A stretch of DNA of 64,000 nucleotides from Octopus bimaculoides. Its lineage: Eukaryota. The stretch is from contig NC_068984.1 in NCBI RefSeq assembly GCF_001194135.2, positions 54,703,939 to 54,767,938 on the forward strand, given 5' to 3'. Below the pieces are notes generated by a model that was given only the letters and a program-made list of their open reading frames with translations, searched no databases and had not been told where the DNA came from. Positions 1 to 12,081 of the stretch are shown here, in pieces (position 1 is the first letter of the stretch; every line of letters starts with the position of its first letter). The position numbers were made by a program, and so were the translations under genes.

Positions 1-65
1 TATATGTATATGTATATACGTATGTATGTATACATGTATATGTACATATACACGCACACGCGCAT

Positions 66-277
66 GTATATGGCTGTATGGTAAGAATCTTGCTTCCCAA
101 CCACATGATTCCGGGTTCAGTCCCACTGCGTGGTACCTTGGCCAAGTGTCTTATACTATAGCCTCGGGCCGACCAAACCCTTGTGAGTGGNNNNNNNNNN
201 NNNNNNNNNNNNNNNNNNNNNNNNNNNNNNNNNNNNNNNNNNNNNNNNNNNNNNNNNNNNNNNNNNNNNNNNNNNNN

Positions 278-310
<33 letters not shown>

Positions 311-552
311 CTGTGTGTGTGTGTGTGTGTATGTGCTTATTTGGGCGTGTGTCTGTGTTTGTCCCACCCGCCATCACTTGACAACTTATGTCGGTGTGTT
401 TACGTTTCCGTAACCTAGCGATTTGGCAAAAGTGACCAATAGAATGAGTACTAGGTTTACAAAGAATAAGTCCTGGATTCTATATATTCGAGTGAAAAAA
501 GGCAGTGCTCTAGCATGACCGCAATCAAATGACTGAAACAAGTAAAAGAGTA
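66..552 (+). mobile_element. tRNA-headed CORE-type SINE (family B) with internal (TA)n(TG)n microsatellite and gap
   Basis: A-box TGGCTGTATGG, B-box GGTTCAGTCCC, CORE-like ACCTTGGCCAAGTGTCTT; after the microsatellite the conserved tail ...CATGACCGCAATCAAATGACTGAAACAAGTAAAAGAGTA also seen at 20581 and 49878. Confidence 0.8.
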
Positions 553-554
553 GA

Positions 555-627
<73 letters not shown>

Positions 628-852
628 TATATACGAGTGTGTATTTGTGATAGTTGAGCCGCTGCTTGACAACAGTTGTTGACTTGTTTACGTCCCTGTA
701 ACCTAGTGGCACGTAAAAAGAAACAAAAGAATACAATAAAGTTGACTTCGGCGGGATTTGAACTCTGAAACGTTCAGAACTGCAGCAAATTACTGCAAGG
801 TATTTTGTCTGATGCTTTAATGAATTTTGCCAATTCACTAAGGTGTAATATA

Positions 853-1040
853 TTTTGAATTAGGTACAAGGCTAGCTGTTTTGTGTGGTCGGGGTTAGTC
901 GATGTCATCAATCTTAGCACTTGACTAGTACTATATTTTATCTATCTCGAAGTGAAAAAAAGCAAATGTCACTTCAACAGGATTTGAACTCAGAAAGAAT
1001 ATAGCCGTAATAAATGCGCTAACGATTCTACCAATCTCCC
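853..1040 (-). mobile_element. SINE family A, degenerate copy
   Basis: Reverse complement of family A motifs (GATTTGAACTCAGAA, GCTAACGATTCTACC) matching 3935-4155 and 63155-63358. Confidence 0.65.
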
Positions 1041-1089
1041 TCTCATCACCCTATATAATAACTTTTAATATAGGTACAATTTTTTTTTG

Positions 1090-1300
1090 TAAGCGGCAAG
1101 CTGGTAGAATCATTAGCACGCTGGGCAAAGTGCTTAGCGACATTTCGTTCGTCTTCACCTTCTGAGTTCGTCTTTGCCTTTCATCCTTTCGAGATCGATA
1201 AAATAACTACCACTTGAGCACTGGAGTCAATGTAATCGATTTGTCACCCTCCTCAAAATTTCTAGCCTTGTGCCAAAATTTGAAACCAATATAGGTATAA
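1090..1300 (+). mobile_element. SINE family A
   Basis: GCGGCAAGCTGGTAGAATCATTAGCACGCTGGGC head; CTTTGCCTTTCATCCTTTCGAGATCGATAAAAT core; GCCTTGTGCCAAAATTTGAAACC tail. Confidence 0.8.
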
Positions 1301-1304
1301 AATG

Positions 1305-1500
1305 TGGACTCAATGTAAGTACAAGACGTAAAATTTAAGTAACTTGTGGATTAAACCGAACTCAGTACTTGACTGGTATTTTATTTTATCGATTTCGTAA
1401 TGATAAATGGCAAAGTTGATATCAATAGGATTTAGATAGGACCAGAAAGAAGCGTTACAACGCGTTTTGTTTGACCCACAAATTTTTCTGCTAATCCAAT
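1305..1500 (-). mobile_element. SINE family A, degenerate copy
   Basis: ACTTGACTGGTATTTTATTTTATCGATTTCGTAATGATAAATGGCAAAGTTGA matches the reverse-complemented family A core. Confidence 0.55.
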
Positions 1501-1709
1501 CACCCATCATGAGAAATAGTGATGAAACACTTCATTGTTTTAAATTTTACCACAATCCCGTAATTTTAGCTTATTGGACGTCTAGATTGATCGAACCTGA
1601 TATGATGAAAGGTGGGATTTGAACTCAGAACGTAAAGAGTAAAAGAAATGATGCTATTTTGTCCCTCACGCGAGTTACTACACCAGCTCACACCCTTAAT
1701 GGTATCAAT

Positions 1710-2640
1710 TCTTTCTAATTTAACTACATGGCCAGCAATTTTGAAGGAAAGGATTAGTCGGTATCATCGACCACAGTATGGGGATCTTTACCTTTTGGCC
1801 GGCACATCTAAAACATTTTTTTTGTAACTAAACACTTTCAAATTTCGTATACTGGTAGAATGTGCCATTTAAAACATCATTTACTCTTTGCGTTTTTAAG
1901 TTATTTCGCATTAAAGTTGTCGTTTTTCGGTAATTTCAACCAATCAATGACGTCTATTGAGGTAAAAATAATTACTGCTGTGGTTTGTCAACAAGACTCT
2001 CCGGCGGTGCATATTTAGTTTGTCACTGTTATTTCTGATATATTTACATTTGAGATATACGTGTGTATAGTTTAATCAATGTGAAAAGGGAAGAAATTGG
2101 AGGGTGGGGGTGGGTGGGGTGGTGGTGGCTAAAAATGTCTTTCCGAAAATAGTAGCTGAAAAATTCCTAACCTAACCCTAAAACCCTAAAGCTAAAACCA
2201 GTACAAACGCACGAACAATGTCATAATTAACAGTGACAAACGAAATATACTCCGCCGGAAGTTGTTGTTGACAAACAACAGCAGTAATTGTTTTCATCTC
2301 AATAGACGTCATTGATTGGTTGAAATTACCGAAATACGACAACTTTAACACGAAATAACTTCGAAAATACAAAATTTTTATCAAAAAGGCCAAGAGTAAA
2401 TGATGTTTTATGTGACACATTCTACCTGTATACGAATTTTGAAAGTGTTTAGTTACAAATAAATATCTTTTAGGTGTGCCGGCCAATGGGAAAAGATCCC
2501 AGTGTGGGGCTAGTACTTTATTTTATAGACACAGAAATATAAAAGGCAAATTTAACTTCGGCAGGTTTTGAACTCCGAATGTAAAAAGCCAATACTCCAA
2601 AAGCTCTTATAACGATACTCTAATACCTTTGCCAACCCAA
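1710..2640 (-). mobile_element. SINE family A split by a foldback element
   Basis: Tail half (TTAGTCGGTATCATCGACC) left of 1772 and core/head half (TAGTACTTTATTTTATAGAC...TTTGAACTCCGAATGTAAA) right of 2506. Confidence 0.55.
1772..2506. mobile_element. Non-autonomous foldback DNA element (MITE) with ~250 bp imperfect inverted arms and CAC...GTG termini
   Basis: Left arm GGGGATCTTTACCTTTTGGCCGGCACATCTAAAA...AAATTTCGTATACTGGTAGAATGTG...CAACCAATCAATGACGTCTATTGAG mirrors right arm CTCAATAGACGTCATTGATTGGTTG...CACATTCTACCTGTATACGAATTTT...TTTTAGGTGTGCCGGCCAATGGGAAAAGATCCC. Confidence 0.85.
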
Positions 2641-2654
2641 CGCCCTTTATAATT

Positions 2655-2850
2655 ATTTCTACTCTAGGCCCAAGGCCTTGAAAATTTTTGGGGAAGTGGG
2701 CTAGTCGATTATATCGACTCCAGTGCGTAACTGGTACTTATATCATCGACCCTGAAAGGATGAAAGGCAAAGTCGATCTCAGCGGAATTTGAACTCTGAA
2801 CGTAACGGCAGACGAAATAACACTAAGCATTTCGCCCAGCATGCAACACC
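2655..2850 (-). mobile_element. SINE family A
   Basis: CTAGTCGATTATATCGACTCCAG...GAAAGGATGAAAGGCAAAGTCGATCTCAGCGGAATTTGAACTCTGAAC. Confidence 0.85.
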
Positions 2851-3934
2851 CTTTATAATAAAAATGAGAAAAACCAATGAGTAGAAAAAGAGCTTAACAT
2901 CATTATCTTTTCAAAATTAATGATATAATCTAGTTGATGTTTAGCGGTGAACTAGTAAAAAAGAAAAATGCATTTATTGCAGATTACATTTCTTGGCAGA
3001 AATATATTATAGAAAGAAATGATTAATATTTTATAAATAAAGTAAAAAAAAAAAAAAGATAATAGAAAAAGATACAAATGTTAATTTGGCAAGTTAAAGT
3101 ATATTTAAATTCCTAAATAAATACAAGAGTAAATATATTGCCTAACCAAACGTAGGGGCAAACATATATTGTTGTATCGTAAAAGGGACTAGATATATAT
3201 TTTTTCATTTAATATATCTAATATTGAATATATACTCTATGAAGATAAAATAGGAAAACTGGTATTAAGATTTAAAAGTTTAAAATTTGATATGACTAAT
3301 GTAAAGGAATAGAAACAAAAATATTAAGGACGGAAAATAATGAAATATAGCATTTAACTGACATGTGAAATTAAGAAGGATGCAAGTTTAAAAATAAATT
3401 GAAAACTATGACAAAAGTTTGTACAGAATTAAAGAGGAGTTTAATATATTCGAGCGGATACTTAAGAAATATTCAAAATATTAAATAAGCAAGTAAAAAA
3501 GAGAAGGAAAAAATTTAAATTAAAAAAATTAGCAAATCTAAACAACTTTAGATAGAAAGTAAATAGAATTAGGTAAGTTAGTTCAATGTAAAGGAATTAG
3601 GGTGAAGATAAGAATAAATATAATATGAAATGTATGGAACTAGATTATGCAAGTTAAAAGAAGGTAAATGACTGAATTGGAAAATTAACAAATGTTTATT
3701 GTAATCCCCAAATATGGTGATATTTTATTATAAAAGTATTTTACGTGGTAGAAGAACACTCATATACGGTAAAAGCATGGAAAGTAACAAAGGTTTCAAA
3801 TTTTGGCACAGGACTAGCAGTTTCTGAGTGCGGGAAGTCGATTACATTGCAGTATTTGACGGGTATTTATCTTGATTACCGCGAAAGGATGGAAAGCAAA
3901 GTTTATCTCGGTGGAGTTAGCACGAAATATAATG

Positions 3935-4155
3935 AGTAATAATCCTTTCTACTATAGGCACAAGGCCTGAAATTTGTGGGGAGGGGACTAGTCGATTACA
4001 CCGACCCCAGTGTTTAACTGGTACCTAATTTATCGACCCCGAAAGGATGAAAGGCAAAGCGACTTCGGCGGAATTTGAACTCAGAACTTAGCGACGGACG
4101 AAATGCCGCTAAGCACATTGTCCAGTGTGCTAACTATTCTACCAGCTCGCCGCCT
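3935..4155 (-). mobile_element. SINE family A, well-preserved full-length copy
   Basis: AATAATCCTTTCTACTATAGGCACAAGGCCTGAAATTTG tail through ACCAGCTCGCCGCC head; near match to 63155-63358. Confidence 0.9.
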
Positions 4156-4221
4156 CCATAAGCCGTAATAATTAAGTTTATGTAAAGTGGCCAAATTGAA
4201 TTAAGGTCGGTCTTATAGATA

Positions 4222-4550
4222 AAGGTAAAGACCCACTTCAATCATGAATGACCATAGAACTGCACCTAGAAAGTTCCCTCCCGAGGCACAAGTCAGGGCA
4301 AGGTTGTTTATGGAAGACCAAGAGACGCCCATGCATACCAGCATTCCCTCTACACGTCACCGATGTTGTCCAAGAGAAAGGCAAATCACCAGTCACATCT
4401 CATCTCATCTCATCTCATTTCTACAGATGAGTGAACCAGAGCAACCTACAATAAAGTGTCTTGCTGAAAAACACAATGCACAGGAATCGAACTCACTACC
4501 TCATGATTGTGAGCTTGACGCTCTAACCACTGAACCATGCGCCTTCCAAT
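4222..4550 (-). mobile_element. tRNA/CORE SINE (family C) with RTE-like 3' tail
   Basis: Head (rc of GGAATCGAACTCAC...CTCTAACCACTGAACCATGCGCCTTC), CORE-like AAGTGTCTTGCTGAAAAACACAA, tail ending in rc of AAAGGTAAAGACCC; RTE origin of the tail is inference. Confidence 0.6.
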
Positions 4551-4739
4551 AAAGTAAATAATGAAGGAAAGTCGGTAGATAAAATTTGGGTATAAACGAC
4601 TGGTGAGAATTCTGCCATTTCTCGCTGAACAAATCGCGTAGATGTTTTGTTTAAAGTGAACAAATGATTGTAATGCACATTAGCTCACTCCCTCCATCAA
4701 ATCGACATTGCCTTACAGGTGCAGGGTGTGCCACACGTT

Positions 4740-4875
4740 AGATGTCGAAGTGAGTGTAGAGCAACGTGAAATTAAGTGTTTTGCTCAAGAACACAGCACA
4801 CAGCTTGATCAGGAAATATAAACCGCAATATTGCAGCCGTGAGTGCCGCAGTGTAACAACCAGGCCGCATGCCTT
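4740..4875 (-). mobile_element. SINE family C head/core remnant
   Basis: GTGAGTGTAGAGCAACGTGAAATTAAGTGTTTTGCTCAAGAACACA is the rc of the core at 12930-12985. Confidence 0.6.
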
Positions 4876-5652
4876 CATCCATGTACGCACGTACACAGAC
4901 ATACACTTTTGTGTAAGCATACATGTGTAAAAGCTTTATATTTGCTTACATTCATATATAAAAAATTACAGTTAACTTGTATGTTTCGTTACATTACAAA
5001 CTGCAGTTATTTGCGTTCTCTTCATATCGTCAAGTGAATTTAAGGAAGTTATAGCATATATATCCAAGAAAATATATCATCGAAAATTTCTGAAGTGTTG
5101 TCGACGAAAACAAGACAAAAGAAATATGACATTAATATTTAATATGGACGTTTTGGAGTTGTAGATTATTGTTATTATAATATCGGAGAAAAAGATGGAG
5201 AAGGAAACGTTCAAAAGGAGTAAAACGAAGGACGAAGAACTGAGAAAGAATAGGAAGAACAGGAAGATTAGGAGGAGGAGATGAAGTAAAACAAGAGCAG
5301 GAGAAGAAGGAGAAAGAAGCTTAGGAGCAGGAGATGGACGAGAAAAAGTAAACTGTGACAACGACGACGACAAAGAAAATGAAGAAGTAGAAAAAGAAAA
5401 AAAGCGCAAGATATAGTATGAATGCATTCAAGGTCATAAGATCTGAGCACTAAGATGTAAATATGAAAAAAAATCCTCGAGGTAAAAAACCATCCTTAAA
5501 TGGAAAGTTGTATGTGTATGTTAACTGAATTAACAAAAAATTCATTCTTAAATTAGAAGATACATAAAAATTTGCGAGTTGTTGAAATAGAAGTGAAACT
5601 ACGATGAATTATGAGAGAGAAAAATCATAATAAAAATAAATATAAGATCAGG

Positions 5653-5750
5653 CTAAACTGTATGGCTAAGAAATTCGCTTCGTAACCATTGGGTTTCGGC
5701 CCTGTTTACACTTCGTGACACCTCAGGCAGGTGTCTACTGGGGCCCCGAG
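5653..5750 (+). mobile_element. SINE family B head remnant before a microsatellite/gap
   Basis: CTGTATGGCTAAGAAATTCGCTTCGTAACCA...GACACCTCAGGCAGGTGTCTACT. Confidence 0.5.
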
Positions 5751-6148
5751 TGAATATGATTGGCGAAAATGGTATAGAAGTCCATCCTGTATATANNNNN
5801 NNNNNNNNNNNNNNNNNNNNNNNNNNNNNNNNNNNNNNNNNNNNNNNNNNNNNNNNNNNNNNNNNNNNNNNNNNNNNNNNNNNNNNNNNNNNNNNNNNNN
5901 NNNNNNNNNNNNNNNNNNNNNNNNNNNNNNNNNNNNNNNNNNNNNNNNNNNNNNNNNNNNNNNNNNNNNNNNNNNNNNNNNNNNNNNNNNNNNNNNNNNN
6001 NNNNNNNNNNNNNNNNNNNNNNNNNNNNNNNNNNNNNNNNNNNNNNNNNNNNNNNNNNNNNNNNNNNNNNNNNNNNNNNNNNNNNNNNNNNNNNNNNNNN
6101 NNNNNNNNNNNNNNNNNNNNNNNNNNNNNNNNNNNNNNNNNNNNNNNN

Positions 6149-6191
<43 letters not shown>

Positions 6192-6269
6192 ATGTATATA
6201 CATACATGTATATACACACACACTAGCAGAGTTACCCAGCGTTGCTCATGATTGAAATAGCATATATTT

Positions 6270-6470
6270 TTTTATTGTTCTACTTGTTTCGGTCATGTGA
6301 ATGCGGCCATGTTGGTATACCACCTTTAGTCCAAGAAATCAACCCCAGGATTTATTCTATGTAAGCCTAGTACTTATTCTAGCGGTTTGCTTTGCCAAAC
6401 GGCTAAGTTACAGGGACGGAAACACAGCAACATCTGTTCTCAAGCGATGGTAGGGGTAGAAATACACACA
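6270..6470 (-). mobile_element. SINE family B tail half
   Basis: CTTGTTTCGGTCATGTGAATGCGGCCATG...GCCAAACGGCTAAGTTACAGGGAC...CAAGCGATGGTAGGGG. Confidence 0.7.
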
Positions 6471-7467
6471 GACACACACACACACTCACACACACACACA
6501 CACACACACATATCCATATGTGCATATATATACATATATATATACATATATATACATACATATATATGTATATATACATATATAAATGTATATACATATA
6601 CATGTATATATAAATATATATATATATATACTTACATATATATATATATATATANNNNNNNNNNNNNNNNNNNNNNNNNNNNNNNNNNNNNNNNNNNNNN
6701 NNNNNNNNNNNNNNNNNNNNNNNNNNNNNNNNNNNNNNNNNNNNNNNNNNNNNNNNNNNNNNNNNNNNNNNNNNNNNNNNNNNNNNNNNNNNNNNNNNNN
6801 NNNNNNNNNNNNNNNNNNNNNNNNNNNNNNNNNNNNNNNNNNNNNNNNNNNNNNNNNNNNNNNNNNNNNNNNNNNNNNNNNNNNNNNNNNNNNNNNNNNN
6901 NNNNNNNNNNNNNNNNNNNNNNNNNNNNNNNNNNNNNNNNNNNNNNNNNNNNNNNNNNNNNNNNNNNNNNNNNNNNNNNNNNNNNNNNNNNNNNNNNNNN
7001 NNNNNNNNNNNNNNNNNNNNNNNNNNNNNNNNNNNNNNNNNNNNNNNNNNNNNNNNNNNNNNNNNNNNNNNNNNNNNNNNNNNNNNNNNNNNNNNNNNNN
7101 NNNNNNNNNNNNNNNNNNNNNNNNNNNNNNNNNNNNNNNNNNNNNNNNNNNNNNNNNNNNNNNNNNNNNNNNNNNNNNNNNNNNNNNNNNNNNNNNNNNN
7201 NNNNNNNNNNNNNNNNNNNNNNNNNNNNNNNNNNNNNNNNNNNNNNNNNNNNNNNNNNNNNNNNNNNNNNNNNNNNNNNNNNNNNNNNNNNNNNNNNNNN
7301 NNNNNNNNNNNNNNNNNNNNNNNNNNNNNNNNNNNNNNNNNNNNNNNNNNNNNNNNNNNNNNNNNNNNNNNNNNNNNNNNNNNNNNNNNNNNNNNNNNNN
7401 NNNNNNNNNNNNNNNNNNNNNNNNNNNNNNNNNNNNNNNNNNNNNNNNNNNNNNNNNNNNNNNNNNN

Positions 7468-7521
<54 letters not shown>

Positions 7522-7744
7522 CATATATAAACATATATGTATATATATACTTATATATATATACATATATATAGGAGAAATATAAAAAATATATAAAAGG
7601 AGCAATAATACTGGAGATTCAGTATACACTACGTGGCAAAATTATGACTTGAAAATATGTGGAAAACATATATAAAAAGTGGAAGAGAAATTCCTTCCTT
7701 TCACATAGTTTAATATCTTTTTATAAAGAAATTTTAAAAATATA

Positions 7745-9395
7745 TATACATATTTCATGGATGTAGTGATATCCAACCGGTTTTCGCTATTTAAATTGGC
7801 TTTTCAAGGGACATTGTGAAGTAATCAATTCTTGTGACAAAGGGTTTCGCTATTTTGGATGCTTGAAAAGTATGAATGAGTCTAGAAAGTGGACCAAGGG
7901 TGGTAACACGTGGCAAGGGAGACAGTTAACTCCTCAGTATAAATTTTTGAAGTAGCCAAGTTTGTATATTAAAGTGTGGTCTGTACTTTTGTATGAACAG
8001 GTTTTCCTTGTTTAGGCGTTCTTGTAAGAAGATTGAATCTTTGCATTGGTATAATGGAAAGATATGAAAATTCGGCGTTTTATTGTTTGCGCATTTGTCG
8101 ATATGTTCGTTCAGGGCTATCTGCCTGTATTGAAGAAAACGAATCTGTTCTTTATGCAACATGACTCTGCGTCTCAAAGTAGGGCTCGTTTGGCCCACAT
8201 AATTGTGACCACAACCTGAGTATGTTAGGACATAGATAAGGTTCTGGGAAGCACATGTGACGTTGGTCTTAAATGAGAAATTTTCTCTTTGCTGGAATGT
8301 GGATTCCGAGCCTTGTGTTAGGTATGGGCATGTACCACAATTAGGTCGTGTGCATTTTTAACTGTTGATGTTGTATGTATTGACTATAGTTTTGCATTTG
8401 TTAGGAGTCTCCTGAGCGATTTGTGTTGCCTTTTGCATTTGAGAAGTTTATGTGTATTTAGGATGCTGTTCATTTTCGGGTCTTGAGTGCGCAGAGGAAG
8501 ATTTTGTATGTGTTGTATGCTTCATTGTTTCTGGGTTGTGGGTTGATATGTATGGGAGTGATTTAAAGTGAGGTGTGGTGTTTTGTTTTGTTGTCCTTAG
8601 TGCGTTTGTGTCCAATTTCTTAGCACGTTCAATTCCATGGCCTATATGTGTGGGCTGGTATTGATGTTCATTGAGTGTTATTTTGAGTTCTTGTAGGCGA
8701 AATTTCCGAGTGGTTGTGTCAGATACAATTGTACAGATCCTTTTAGCTAGATTGAATGGGATATTTATTTTGGTACGTTTAGGATGGCATGAACTGAAAA
8801 GGGGATACTGTTTTGAGTGTTGGTTTGTAGTAGATGTCAGTTACAACTTGGTTGTTGGATTCTTTTATAATCAAAATGTTCAGAAATGGGAGCTGTTCCT
8901 TGCTATATGCTATTGTAAATTGAATATTGGAGTTTATATTGTTCAGTCTGGATTTGAAATCTAGATTTCATTCCAGATGATAAAACAATCGTCTAGGTAC
9001 CTTTAGCAGTTTTCTCTTATACACTGGTGGAATGGGGTCCAAATTTTTAGAGCGAAAGTTCATATAGGGTTACCACATTTTTGGCGGTAGTATGTTGCAT
9101 CGGATAGGAAGCAATTGTTTTGTAGGATGAACTTCAGGGATTCAGTGACAAAGATCTGGTTTATGCGGTCCAGGAGAACTTCGGAGTATTTTTCTAACCA
9201 GAATTTTATTCCGTAGTCATGTGGAATGTTAGTGTAGAGGTTGATGACATCAAAGGAGACTAATAGTGCTTCTTCATTGGTGGTTTTTGGTAGATGCTCT
9301 AATGAAGCTGTTAATGTAACCGAGGAAAGGTTCCAATAGTATATCCAGAAAGTGTAAAAAGAGGGTGGGAAGTGTAAAATTTCAAGCATGGCTCT
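7745..9395 (-). mobile_element. 5'-truncated, decayed Penelope-like element (RT, GIY-YIG endonuclease, pLTR remnant)
   Basis: LVSFDVINLYTNIPH and FILQNNCF...YYRQKCG (PLE RT); LTYSGCGHNYVGQTSPTLRRRV...HKEQIR...KENLFIQKYRPHFN (GIY-YIG); multiple stops and frameshifts. Confidence 0.9.
7770..7814 (-). ncRNA. Degenerate minimal type I hammerhead motif in the Penelope 3' pLTR
   Basis: Minus strand TGTCC CTTGAAAA GCCAATTTAAATAGC GAAA ACCGGTT GGATA: stem I pairs (TGTCC/GGATA), palindromic AACCGGTT, core mutated away from CUGANGA. Confidence 0.4.
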
Positions 9396-9689
9396 GCTCT
9401 TCCTCAGAAAGAGGAAAGAGTAAAGTTCCGGAAAGAAGAAAGAAATAATCCAACGAAAGAACATGTGTGGTCACATGGCTGTTATGTCACCGTAACATAG
9501 CATTACAGCAAAAGAGATAAAAGATTATGTGGAAGACTTAAAAAAGTGTAGTGGAGGTAGTTTGTTCGACTACCCCCGTTAAAGTGCTGCCTTAGTATGG
9601 CCGCTGCCCAATGACTGAAATTAGTAAAATAATAATAATTTCTATTATATAGAGAAGGCCGCATGAATGGAATTTCAACCATGTTTCGT

Positions 9690-10135
9690 GGTCTGCTACC
9701 ACAACATCTCCTTTATAGGAACCAGTTAGCTCAAGACGTCATCAGGAGGAACCACGTCCGGTTTCGGCCCCTACTCCTCTACCGTTTTGACGTGGCGGGG
9801 CCACCCCCTTTCGGAGGTGTCTTCAGCTCTGGTGTTGGGTGCATGTCTTCTTTCACTGTTTGTGACTGTTCTAATTCAACTGTGGAATGTCCCTCGCTAT
9901 GGTTATTTTCCAGGAGGTTCTGGCCACACGTCTTACGGTTCATCAACCCGCGTTGTTGAATTACTTTCTTCCGACATACCTTCCCATGGTGGATTAGGAT
10001 CCAGTTAGCTGAAGATATCATCAGGAGGAACCACGTCTGGTTTCGGCCCCTACTCCTCTACCGTTTTGACGTGGTGGGGCCCCCCTTTCGGAGGTGTCTT
10101 CAGCTCTGGTGTCGGGTGCGTGTCTTCTTTCATCT
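9690..10135 (-). repeat. Two ~140 bp direct repeats (9722-9864, 10001-10132); possibly the 3' end of an LTR-retrotransposon pol with PPT and LTR start
   Basis: CCAGTTAGCT...TCATCAGGAGGAACCACGTC...GTCTTCTTTCA twice; minus strand then reads TATAAAGGAGA|TGTTGTGG. The repeat is seen directly; the LTR call is inference. Confidence 0.55.
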
Positions 10136-10214
10136 ATTCCCTAGCCTCTTCGATGCAGCATCAACGAGTGTCAGCGTCCGACTGATTGTCATGTCAAATT
10201 CCCCTTTTTATACC

Positions 10215-10375
10215 TGCTGCTAGGCTCCAGCAGGCTGCCCCAGCAAGTTGTCATGTGACACTGTCTAAATTTCCCGCTGCTAGGGTCCAGTAGGCAGCCC
10301 CAGCAAGTTGTCACATGACACTGTCTAAACTTCCCGCTGCTAGGCTCCAGCAAGTAGCCCCAGCAAGTTGTCATT
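10215..10375. repeat. 60 bp minisatellite, ~2.7 copies
   Basis: GCTGCTAGG(C/G)TCCAG(C/T)A...CCCCAGCAAGTTGTCA...GACACTGTCTAAA(T/C)TTCCC repeating near 10216, 10276 and 10336. Confidence 0.9.
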
Positions 10376-11794
10376 CATCTAGTAATTGATTTATATTCTC
10401 GGTTATCGACTACAAAAATATGAAAGTCTGACCCACTGTTCATTATAAGGATATCAAGTAAGGTAAAGGTCTACAATTTTTAGTAGTAACTATGATTGGA
10501 GTATTATCTCAATAAAGTAAAGAAGGATCTAGCTATTGGGATGAACATGCTTAAAATATTGAGAGGGACATAGCAAGTGATATTCTTTTCTGAATTTCAA
10601 TGTTTGAAACTATAAAGGCAACGTAAAATATTGAAACTATGTTTCTGGCTAATGCGTGATGCTAATGAGGTGAAGTTTCCGCGACATTTGCTTCTTGCAG
10701 ACATTTCAGATTCTAAGAGAGATATTTTCACTGATTGTTTTTATAATGTTCTTAGTGTAGTTAGAGTGTTTATGAATATAATTTAAGGATTCGTTGTACT
10801 TCCTAAATGGGAAGAAGTGTGAGTTTGGAAGGTAAAAGGTGACATCTTCAAGTTGGTCACAGTACAAATCAGAAATCAAAATACTTTGAAAAACAATCAG
10901 ATTCTACTGGATGCAAGTGTGTTGCAATTCAGTCAAGAAAGCAGGTTGCCATTTTGGTAAAACAGATGACAATCGATAAGATCGCTAATTTCCGCTGAGT
11001 CATTTGTGTCCATGCTTAGATCGAACAGAATATTTGAAGATTTTTTTATGATACGGCATCGTGGTGTTTTAAGATCGTTTTGCATGCGTGCGTTATTTTG
11101 TCGATATCTGACTTTTTAATGTTGGTTATGGATTTAGCAAACTAGACCATACCGAATAGAAGAAAAGTAATAGAAGAAAACTAATCTTTTAAACTAGACT
11201 ATAGGAATTTAGTATTACTTTTGTGAAGAATACGTTTAAACCATTTCATGACATTGTTACTACTCTACCGTGAACGCAAAGAATTACGATATCAAATATA
11301 AATTTGCTAATTTTTCCAATATCCGTTTTCATGGTGTTTGTAATTTTAACACTAGACTTTTGTTAAATTTATGTTTGTGGCATTTCTTTGTGAAATAAAG
11401 AACTTTCTTACACAAATTAATGGCGATTGGAAATTAGTATATGGTAGGTATTTTTTAAATTCATTTCGCATATATGTTGAGTTTTATCCTATTGGAGAAA
11501 AATATGATTTAATATTTTTATGTTATATAATTTGTGTTCCATCGTCCTCTCTAAAACTTCTTTTCTGTTCTTCGTGTCATGAATTTGAAGTATCACTTCC
11601 AGGAAGGAATCGCAGTGTTTTGAGTTAAGCTATTTTCTGATTCTAGATGTCAGTAAGTTGGAAAAATATGTCAGTAAGAAAGGTCACTAAAAGGACTAAA
11701 GTTGCTGTTATTTATTAATTCAATAGTTTTGTTAGAAAGTGCAGTATGTTTCAGTCATTTGATCTTAACAGAGGAAATATAGGTTAAAGAATAT

Positions 11795-12000
11795 TTTACT
11801 TGTTTCTGTCATTGGACTGCGCCCATGCTGTCGCACAGCCTTGAATAGTTTTAGTCGAACAGATCGCCCCAGTACTTATATTTTAAGCCGAGTGCTTATT
11901 TTATCGACCCCCTCTTACCGAACCTCTAAATTACGGGAACATAAATAAAACAACACCAGTTATCAAACGGTGGCGAGGGATACATACATAACACAAACAC
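11795..12000 (-). mobile_element. SINE family B tail half
   Basis: TTGTTTCTGTCATTGGACTGCGCCCATGCTG...TTAGTCGAACAGATCGCCCCAGTACTTAT...CAAACGGTGGCGAGGG. Confidence 0.7.
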
Positions 12001-12028
12001 AGGCACACATCACTCTCTCTCACATTCT

Positions 12029-12081
<53 letters not shown>

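Noticed and set aside
5077-5450. Hydrophobic or charged ORFs
   Set aside because: Decayed (GAA/GGA)n low-complexity tract
5653-7629. Long ORFs of 160-408 aa (and similar ones at 19, 50 and 58 kb)
   Set aside because: Made of N-gaps and dinucleotide repeats, which contain no stop codons
9722-10132. CTGATGA, CTGAAGA and GAAA(C) motifs on the minus strand suggesting hammerheads
   Set aside because: Order and spacing give neither a stem II directly between the cores nor an NUH triplet; no valid fold found
10215-10375. CRISPR-like array
   Set aside because: Whole 60 bp units repeat without unique spacers; eukaryotic context and no cas genes
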